From Tubiluchus corallicola (lineage: Eukaryota; Animalia; Priapulida): a stretch of 64,000 nucleotides of DNA. The stretch covers positions 1,240,001-1,304,000 of the forward strand of contig JAQGDQ010000006.1 of assembly GCA_030141605.1 (NCBI GenBank), given 5' to 3'. The position numbers and the translations under genes are program-made. Below are positions 54,285 through 64,000 of this stretch, piece after piece. Below the pieces are notes generated by a model. It had not been told where the DNA came from. It saw nothing but the letters and a program-made list of their open reading frames with translations, and did no database searches. Numbering within the stretch: position 1 is the stretch's first letter; every line of letters begins with the position of its first letter.

Positions 54285-55852
54285 GTTTCAAATTTAATTT
54301 AAAGACTCATTTTTAAAGAGCAGTACCTGTATAAAATAAAGTGATATCAAACAGGATAATATCTGCTTTATGCATCTAGTCAGTTGACCATATCAATCAC
54401 TGATTCTGGTGTTATACACTGTCCATACCTGTTATGCATAGTGGAGTTCATACTTTTATATACCAGTGAATGCATTGATAGGTTTATAATTTTTTAATGT
54501 CAATAGGTGGCAACAAATGCCAATCACTCATACATGGCGTCTGGCTCACTTGTCTGAACTTTCTAAAATATTTGTAGATTTTTCTTACCTGACCTGTTCT
54601 GCTTGTTGTTTAATGTTTGAATAATCTGTGCTGTACCAGAGTACCTATTTTTAATAGTGGTGAGAACAGGACATTTCACATTTGATAAGTTTTAAGACTG
54701 AGTATGAATCTACATAAATTAGATATTATTATTATGTAGACTATCTTGTTTCATTTACCCCAAAGCCTTGTTAAACTTAGTTTGTAAATTTCTAAGCCTG
54801 AAAAGTCGAATGCCTCTGTAATGTAATGGGTAGCGCTGCCGCCCAAAGAGTAGAAGGTCTTGGGTTTTTTCACCAAAATTTTTCTGACTTTCTGATCTAG
54901 CATTGCTTTCATTGCTTGCGATTCTTTTGTTCTGTAACAAACCTCGTAATTATACTAGCTCAGGCATGTCACTGATTTGAAACGTTCATTTATTTTAGCA
55001 TGTGACAGTTCGTTATTGTTATATGTTTTGTTACAAGGATATTTTTATTTCCATTACTATTACAATTATAGAAAAGTTGATTTCTAATGTAATGGACTTT
55101 CAGCACAGTAAGAAGTTAGCTGTGATCTGTACATTTAAGGCACAATATAGGAGAAATGGCTAGGTGGGCAAAGCAACAGAGGGCTGTACAGCTGTATAAC
55201 CAACCTTCCAAAGCATAACAAGGTCTAACTGTATTTATTTTCATACTATAGTAACTCGATACTGATAGTGCATGCATTTAGAAAATTAAATTTTTAAGTT
55301 AAAGAAAATTTGCGAGTTTATTGTGTATTACTAGTGTTGCCTAATAATGAAAATTCTGTAAATTAATTTTCACATGAACAGTTCACTTTAAGTTATAATA
55401 TAATATATATATATATATGTGTTTGTGTAGAAATGAAATGAAAGCTGCATATTTTTCTAAATGTATTTATGATACAAAATACATAATCTGCATTTCAAAA
55501 AATTGCATTTTATGTTGTTATTAGTGAATTATGTGTATTAATTTATTCTGGTTAAATAAAACACTGCTGCCTTATAGGCTACTGACACACTTGTAATGGT
55601 CAATTTTTCTGGAGATTTTTTTACTCAAAAAGTTTGGATTTTTAATTCATCTTTGCTTGCTACTATCCAGAATTCACAATTTAATACCAGGGCCTATTCA
55701 ATGACGAGACTGGAGCCTGGCTCATTAATCAAGGATATGCTCAGGATTAGCTATTGAATCTTGTCTAGAAATGTCTTTGCCACAGTCTGATGTATACACA
55801 TCCTCCCTCTGTGAGGTAAACACAATAAGCCACAATCAGTATGCAAAAAAAA

Positions 55853-55934
55853 CTACCTAGGGCGAGTATCGAACCTAGGCAGTAACGTGCCATTCTTGTG
55901 AAGCATGCGAGTGAGACCACATGTCTGTTTCCCC
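55853..55934 (-). other. tRNA-derived SINE head or tRNA pseudogene
   Basis: Minus strand has a B-box-like GGTTCGATAC followed shortly by a T8 run; the A-box and cloverleaf are degenerate. Confidence 0.4.
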
Positions 55935-56255
55935 GCAGACATTACCTTAATTAGCTTAATTTGAATAGGGTAAGTGGATTCTGTTACTTCCAGAAAAAAT
56001 ATAAGCCAAGTAAAGAGCAAGTTCTTTGTTTTCAAATTTTTATGCACAGATTCAAAGCAGGAAACCAGTCAAGTAACTGATGGTGACTTAGTGTAGAAAG
56101 TTTCCCTTTGCCATAACGCCATTTAGTCAGTTTTTTCGTAACATTAGTCATCTGATTGTATTTTGTTGCTTAATTTGTTGCCTGGATCTGAGATCACTAG
56201 CTGCCTTGTAAAATGTCTTGATATCGTTTTCAGAGCACTTTTGCTTGGCAAGAAA

Positions 56256-57833
56256 ATGTCTGCAAAACATTTGATGTTTTGTACGCTACGTGAAGTTGTA
56301 GAACAGCTGCAATCTGGAAGAGTTGGTGCTAAGGAGGTAGTAAAACATTGCATCCAGAGGACAAAGGAAACATGTCACCTTAATGCGTTTGTCACTGAGC
56401 TACATGATGACTCATTAAAGCAAGCTGACAAAACAGATGAGAGGCTAGCATCAGGTGAAGGACTTAAAACACTCGATGGCATACCCATAGCAGTCAAGGA
56501 TAACTTTTGTGTGAAAAACGTTAAAAGTAGTTGTGCATCTTATATGCTGCACAACTTCTATCCTAGTTACAATGCTACTGTTGTGCAACGCTTGCAAGAT
56601 CATGGCGCATATGTTATTGGTAAGACGAATTTAGACGAGTTTGCCATGGGAGCAGGAACAGTGGACAGTCTCTATGGACCCGTTTATAACCCATGGAGTA
56701 AATGTGCAAGAGTTAAACATAAGATGAGCCATTTAGAAACTTACAACGAATCTATGCTTGATACTTCACAAGATCATTTGTGTGATGATAGTGAGTGGTT
56801 AATTGCTGGTGGAAGTTCTGGTGGGAGTGCTGTTGCAGTTGCAACAGGCTCGTGCTATGCTGCTCTTGGATCAGACACCGGGGGTTCAACAAGAAATCCA
56901 GCTGCATATTGTGGAATAGTTGGGTTCAAACCCACCTATGGTCTTCTATCCAGACATGGATTGATACCGTTAGTTAATTCGCTTGATGTACCTTGCATTC
57001 TAACAAAATGTGTAGAAGATGCCGTAAATATTTTTAATGTGATTGTCGGTCATGATGAGCTTGACTCTACAACTGTGACAGATCCTTTTAAAAGCATTGA
57101 TTTGTCGAAAGACATTAATATAAGCGATCTGCATATTGGAATTCCCAGAGAGTACCATGCACCTGGTGTTTCTGAAGATATCCTAGAAACTTGGCAATGG
57201 GCAGCAGACATTTTTACCAATGCAGGAGCTAAAGTTACGGAAGTTTCGCTGCCTCACACACAGTATTCCATTGCTTGTTATTCCATTCTGTGCTGTTGTG
57301 AGGTTGCATCAAATATGGCTCGTTACAGTGGTGTGCAGTATGGACATAGAAGTGAGATGGGACAGTCTACACACGAGTTATATGCACACACTCGACGTGA
57401 GGGCTTCAATGATGTTGTGAGAGGACGAATTCTAGCTGGAAACTATTTCTTGCTGAAAAAACAATATGATTTATATTTCGTTCAAGCACAGAAAGTTAGA
57501 CGGTTAATATCAAATGATTTTAAACAAGTATTTGATAGTGGCATCAACTTTCTACTGACACCAACAACTCTCACAGATGCACCTGTGTATAACGAATTCA
57601 TCAAATTAGATAACCAGACTAAATCAGCTAGAGATGATGTGTTAACTCAGCCAGTAAACTTGGTAGGACTGCCAGCTATAACACTGCCTGCAAAATTATC
57701 ATCACGTGGTCTCCCGACTGGAGTTCAACTCATTGCAAATAATTTTCAAGATGAAGACCTTTTTTGTTGCAGTAAATGGCTTGAAAGTCAAATGAATTTT
57801 CCTTTCTTTAATCCTTTTAATTCAGTTTGGTAG
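56256..57833 (+). CDS. QRSL1: Glutamyl-tRNA(Gln) amidotransferase subunit A, mitochondrial (GatA), 525 aa, intronless CDS
   Basis: Amidase signature IAVKDNF, GKTNLDEFAMG, GGSSGGSA and LGSDTGGSTR; GatA motifs EVASNMARY and RGRILAGNYFL. The first ATG (56256) follows acceptor TTTTCAG ending at 56233; the ORF track starts at an upstream TTG. Confidence 0.93.
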   Translation: MSAKHLMFCTLREVVEQLQSGRVGAKEVVKHCIQRTKETCHLNAFVTELHDDSLKQADKTDERLASGEGLKTLDGIPIAVKDNFCVKNVKSSCASYMLHNFYPSYNATVVQRLQDHGAYVIGKTNLDEFAMGAGTVDSLYGPVYNPWSKCARVKHKMSHLETYNESMLDTSQDHLCDDSEWLIAGGSSGGSAVAVATGSCYAALGSDTGGSTRNPAAYCGIVGFKPTYGLLSRHGLIPLVNSLDVPCILTKCVEDAVNIFNVIVGHDELDSTTVTDPFKSIDLSKDINISDLHIGIPREYHAPGVSEDILETWQWAADIFTNAGAKVTEVSLPHTQYSIACYSILCCCEVASNMARYSGVQYGHRSEMGQSTHELYAHTRREGFNDVVRGRILAGNYFLLKKQYDLYFVQAQKVRRLISNDFKQVFDSGINFLLTPTTLTDAPVYNEFIKLDNQTKSARDDVLTQPVNLVGLPAITLPAKLSSRGLPTGVQLIANNFQDEDLFCCSKWLESQMNFPFFNPFNSVW

Positions 57834-58657
57834 CTTTTTATAACTTTTGCAATTGTGATAGTTCTTTCTGATGAAGTGATAACTGTGCAATTAGCCCAAA
57901 ATTGAAAATGGTACGTGATTATTAATTTGAAAATTGTACACAATTCTTTAAGGCTAAGCTTTTGATATTCAAGTTATGTGAGTGTCAGCGTGTATGTAAC
58001 ATTCTAGCAAAATACGTAGCAGTTTGTATTAAAAGTTATTTTGAGAACTAAGTAGACCAAAAAAGACATATAGTTTTTTACCTATAATAAATTATAATTT
58101 GTATAACTGATGTGTCTTTCTTGTGTAAAACTAGGAAATTTCCCAGGAGAAAATTCGCACTGTTTCTGATTCAAAGTAGTGTCACTAATTTGTTAATCTG
58201 AGACATATAAAAAAGGAAATTCAAGTATATTTCAATTTAACTTTGCAGACCTGTAATTCAAATGAATACATAAAATAATGTAGATAATTACACACATAAC
58301 TCCCATAACTATAATTAATAGTTACTGATTGCACTGAAGTAACACAACGTGAACAACGAAAAACAGAGATAGTTATTGTGAAGGTAGTTTAGTTAGTAGT
58401 AATTACAAATTTCACCATCGATGCCGCCACCATTCACATCAGGGTTCTCAATCTGTCTTCATTAGGTATCCCCTGAGTTATCGGACCATCGACCGTGCTC
58501 CAATACAGAATTAATTCAATACATAGTATAAACTCACTATAAAATAATAATATATTAAGAGTAATTAAATATGCAGTGACACCACAATGGATTTCAAAAG
58601 GTTCAAATTTTAGCAACTTTTCCAATGTAGCTGTGACTAGGCTTATACGAGTATACC

Positions 58658-59040
58658 CTGTAGCGGATAGCCCTATAGGCTGAAGCCTAAGGCCCGGGAT
58701 CAAAAGGGGCCCGGCAAAATAAAACGAAAAAAATTTTTTTTTTGTAAAAAAAATTGACAAAAGAGCAAGGGGCCCGCCAAAATAAAATATAGAAAAAAGA
58801 TTTTTTTTCAAAAGTCAGTCACTATATTTCAAATCGGGTTTACACAAATCAAGTTTACACAATTCACGTTTACACAGTTTAAGTTTAAGTTCAAAATTTC
58901 AGTTTCCGAATTTTTCTGGGGGCACCACAAAGGGCCCGACGAGAGCTCCACAAAAACACGTCAGCTCAGCAGTGTAGCAACATTTAAAAGGCTCGTTCCA
59001 AGCTCTAGCCTAAGGCCCATAAAATCATAATCCGCCGCTG
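58658..59040. mobile_element. hAT-type MITE, degenerate
   Basis: Ends CTGTAGCGGAT / ATCCGCCGCTG; TSD AGTATACC / AGTATCCC (7 of 8 match); GGGCCC subterminal motifs. Confidence 0.7.
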
Positions 59041-62000
59041 AGTATCCCTATCAGCAAATGTAAGCTAGCTGACTGCAATCATTAATTATCGAGACACAGA
59101 GTTTTAGCTATAATGAAGAATGTTTTCCATAATTTGATTTACTTTATTGTATTAACAGTCATTAGGAAAGTACATTACAACACATACAACAATTAAATTA
59201 TAACGTAGCAAACATAATAATGATCAGATGTATGATATAATGAAACAGATGCAGAGGGAATAAATCGTGCTATGTACACAAATTGATCAATAGTCCTATA
59301 TACACAGACACAAACAATCACTGTTGCTGACCATTTAAACTTGCTTTTTGTATGTGAAGTAATGAACCAAACTGACACAGAGAACACATCTATAACAGCT
59401 AGTCATTTTGTTTTTCTGCAGTACTTTTTTGCTAGTCATCTCTTGTAAACATTTTGAGTACTAAATTACTCTCCACCTTGAGTACTAAAAGTCCATTTAC
59501 AAAATACAATACTTGCATTACAACAATAAATAAACCAATAAAACCAACTGATAAACAAAAATAAATAAAACAAACAGCAACGATTTCTGTCACAGATTGT
59601 TCTATAAAAAAAATTTGCTCAGAGACGTATGTTTAGTAATAATTTCTCTGTAACTCTTTCGAATCCCCTCTGTGCAGTTTGTAAAATTAAGATACATGTA
59701 TAGTGATTTTTAACTTTTATAGTCCTTTAAAAGCACTGGCGTTGCCACACTTAGTAATTCAGTATACACGTGGGCCTATGTATTTACTATTTTAGTACCT
59801 TATAAAAAGCATTTTTTGCACTACAGGTGCCTGCTCAGCATTAAGCGGCTGTAATATAACCAGACACTATAAAGAAAAAGTTCTCAATGGTTCAATCACA
59901 AATTTTAAACAATAGGGACGAAAAAACGTCACGTATTAAGTATGATACTGAATATCACAGGACTAGTATGACCGGAAATCGTTGACGTTCCCTGACGCTG
60001 GTTTGTCTTGACGCTCAAGCAAAATGTAAATGTCGCGAAATGTTTTCGTAAGCTTGCGCAGAAAGAAAGCCAAAGACTAGCACTACATGGCTACGCATGC
60101 AATATTTAGTGGCGTAGCTATCATTATGAAACAGAAACTTCAACGCTCTAGCATCAGTACCCGTTTTAATTGACAACTACGAGCATTAATTATTCTCACA
60201 GACTGACTTTTTTATAAACAGTCATTTTTCTACATATCACGGCAATTATTAAGTTTATTTGGATACATTTTTCAACATTATTTCTGTAACATGAGCGTGT
60301 GTTTAGTATTGCCAAACTTGGGTATCATTTTCGTAAGTTTTTGTGTTGTCTAACTGTATTACAAGAACTGGATGATTACAATGACGACGATTATGCTGAT
60401 GGTGATAATGACAATGCTGAACACGAAGATGATGATGCTATAGAGAAATGATGTTGTTGTTGAGGATCACGATATATTTTTATTTAAAAAACAAATTTGC
60501 CAGTACAATAGTAAGATATTTTTGTCCAGAAATGGAAAAAATGCATTATTCCAGAGAACCAAATTAATTTTCTCGACAGCTTATTATAGGTGTAATTGCC
60601 GGTACAGGCGTTACATGTTTGTATAATGTGCCGGTATATGCTAATATCAAGTTATAACATAAGAAATTGGCAAAACTTTCACGCATTTGTTGAATTTCTG
60701 GGCTACCAAGTCTGGTATCCAGTTCATTAAGTGTAGTACAGTTGAAAACTTTTCGCGTGGTTATCATTGTCCTGATTATCACATATCCGATCTAGAAAGC
60801 TATACAGAGTACATTGACTGCAAATGAAATAGATCTAGATGATGTTACCAAGTGTCTGGTTAATGTTGAAGTGGCTAGTTATCAAATGGCTGGAGCTGGG
60901 GCCCTTGGTTGTTAAGTGTCCAATTAACAATATCTGAGTTTCCAACATTGTCCACACGTGTAACTTTTCCAGTTAACGCGTATCGTTCAAGTTAGCAAGC
61001 GACCTGCTAACAAAGTGCCCGGTTTGACCAGTTGTCAAATATCTTACCTGAGTTTAGAACTGATTGCAAGTTTTTGGAACTTTCTCTTTTGTTATTCTAG
61101 ATGGATATTTGCGCGTAATTATTGATTTTTGCAACATAGAATTGCCCGAATAAAAATTGCATGTGTTACGAGGACAATTTAAGCGGAGAACCTAAATTAT
61201 TGGTCTACAGGTAACACCCGTAAAAACTATGAAGGAAGTCTTTTATAACTTTTAACTCATAAGGTTCTGAAGTTTTACGGCTATTTTAAGAGAAAGAATG
61301 CATAATTCTAGGCGTTGTTTAGTCATATCTATGCCATTGCTATGCAGGTATTGAATAAAAATGATTTCATATAGTACACACCTCGATAACAGATGCCTGC
61401 GCACCGTTAACGAGTTCCTTTGAAAAGTGCCGGCAGCTACGCGCGAGTACACTGACGTATCTTTCAATGGTATTATCACGTGAGTCACGCGCACCTAGAA
61501 TGTTTTCCTTGAAATAAGCACACAAACCTGAACAAAATCAGATTACTGCAATTCAATATACCTTGTAAGAAAAAGATATCATCCATTTTTTATCGTAATA
61601 AGATTTAAAAATTATCGTTGAAGTAACTGAAATAAATGAAATTTTCCAGTAGCACCCTATAATTTGCCATGATGTGCAATGATCTGTTAAATTCTGCTGC
61701 GAAATGTGGGCCTCTGTCCGAGAGAGCTGTAGTCAGTGGAGTCACCGAGATTTGTTTTAAACAGTGTAGAAGGACTGCTCTTTTTTATAATGAACTGCTA
61801 ATATATGTGGAAAAATGAAGTAGGGAAATTGTGACCGCATAACACATTTTTATTTTGTAACGCAGATGGAAAAAAGTTGTGGTAAAACGTGACAATAAAT
61901 TTGAATTGGATTTACAAATTGGTGAGACTTGAAGGTGTTTTTTAACACAAAAGTGGCTGCTCTGATCAAAACAGACAATTTATTAATTTGAACACACGTG

Positions 62001-63354
62001 TCATCTACACAGCATTATTCGGTAAGCAATGTTTAGTCCTATAAATACGTTTGGTGTGGCTGAGGCAAACGCCAATAAACATTTTTTAAATTAACACAGT
62101 CGTTGGTGTTGCCGGAAGCAGCCCAGGAAGTCATAATGTCTCTGTGCGAAATTTTAGTTGTAGTATTATAACGATAAAATTCTGTAAAAAGACGTACTAA
62201 AACGTATGGATAGAATATTGTTACCGTTTGCCTTTGTTTATTATTAAGTTGTCTCTAACACGGCCATGTTAACATATTTATTCAAATTGCCATGAGACTT
62301 TAGACTACGATAACTGGCAAATAAATAATAAGCTTAAAAATGTGTTAAATTAGTCTAGAACATCAATTCTGTTTGTGTTTATATGTAATATAAATCATAA
62401 AACTGTAAACATCACTGATAACGATGATGTCGATGATGGGCGATAATGATGATGAGGATGTCAATAACCGATGCGGCTTTACTGTTTAAAATGGAATCCA
62501 TGTGACTTTTCTATAAAACTTCTGTGGCATCTTAAAGATGTCAGTAATGTCATTAGTGGGCTAAACGACGATAAAAACGGTACGCGTCTGTTTCTTTTCA
62601 AATTCACCATGGATTTGTCATTTGATATTAAATCCGTAACTCTGTGCTTTAACCAAGAGGCGAATACAGGTAGACTGCTGGTAGAGACATAGGTAAAACA
62701 CGTAAACAGTCAGTAGATACACAAAATAACAAATTAATAAATTCATTAAAGATCTAGACTAACGTAATCGTTAGCCAGTATCGCACAGCAAACAAGATAT
62801 TAAATATGTTATAACAAGAGGCAGCGCAGAAGAGAAAGACGTAAAAAATTCTAGCTAAATTTAATTTTTCTGGTAGATAGACAGAGAGTAAGCAAAACCG
62901 GACCCATCTTAAAGTGTAGGTCAAAAGAATCTACTCTGAAAATATTGAAAGGAAACATATTACTTTTTCCAAAAATTTTACGTGAAAGAATTATAAGAGC
63001 ACAGCGGTAAATTTGAAATGTGAATTTTTATCTTAAAACTTGCCTAGTTTTAGTACAACACACTGGATATGTTGCACTAGCACTGTACCTCAATTTTGGC
63101 TTTCGCAAGCACGTGCAACCTGCTCGTAGAATATTTTTGCTCCTGAAAATTATGTTAGTTCGTGATATCATCAATAGTTGGGCTCGCTCGCCGTTAATTA
63201 AGTTTTAAGTTTTTAATCTATTATTTAATTATCAGAAACGTTTTGTAGTATTAACTGTGTTAAAATGTATACTTATCATCGGATTTGAAAATAGGGTAGT
63301 ATGTGAAAAATCATCCTGCTGTCCTTTAAGATTGAAAGATTGACGGGTAAATGA

Positions 63355-63475
<121 letters not shown>

Positions 63476-64000
63476 ACATAGGTAATTATTTCACTTTTAT
63501 TTTTCCTCATTCTTATATTTTAAGTAACCACTTCACAGAGCATTCCAGACATCCAGTTCTTACTGCTTATAGGTCTACAGTACAGCGCATGGAAATTCTC
63601 ATCCTGTCACCTGCCGTCTGACTTATTTTCAAAGCTAGCAGCTGGCGGGCGTGGTGTCAATTTAATATGTGTTCATACAATAACAACTTTGTCTCTTCAA
63701 CGTTAGTTCAAATCGCCCACGAGTTGGCATAACAAGCTATTATATAAACATTTTCAATTTCAGCCCAAACTCTCTAGTTGGTGAAATGAAATTCAAAAAA
63801 AGGAAACTGAAACGCGACAGTGTCCGCATTTATATTGCCGCATATGATATTCATGGCACATGATACAATTTTTGCTCATGAGAATGACGTAAAGTAAACA
63901 AAATTGCAGTAGCCAAAAACTTTAGACACGTTTACTCGCACGATTTCTAACCGCAAAAACATGTATATCTTAGCTCGTCAATGTTTTTATAAATGAATCG

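Noticed and set aside
56163-56255. N-terminal extension of QRSL1 in the ORF track
   Set aside because: It starts at TTG and crosses a splice acceptor at 56233; ATG 56256 gives the expected GatA N-terminus

Overview
AT-rich animal (probably invertebrate) nuclear DNA with spliceosomal introns. It contains six conserved housekeeping genes, with exons worked out by hand from GT-AG sites and reading phase: the 3' part of N6AMT1/HEMK2 (+), EMC4 (-, 5 coding exons, 180 aa), UFL1 (+, 4 coding exons, 790 aa), prolyl endopeptidase PREP (-, 20 coding exons, 708 aa), and two genes with intronless CDSs, ADCK1 (+) and QRSL1/GatA (+). Transposons include a full-length decayed RTE-type LINE with a 15-bp target-site duplication (TSD), older RTE and CR1 remnants, and many MITEs (hAT, pogo/Tigger, Harbinger-like, and a TGT...ACA element built from palindromes). 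The most striking signal is a twister-type self-cleaving ribozyme at the 5' end of the RTE element. Its predicted cleavage site falls exactly on the TSD boundary, so the cleavage-site U and the 5' strand of P1 come from the host target site. Also notable: an inverted MITE pair brackets the in-frame catalytic exons 13-18 of PREP. No CRISPR arrays, rRNA or prokaryotic features were seen.
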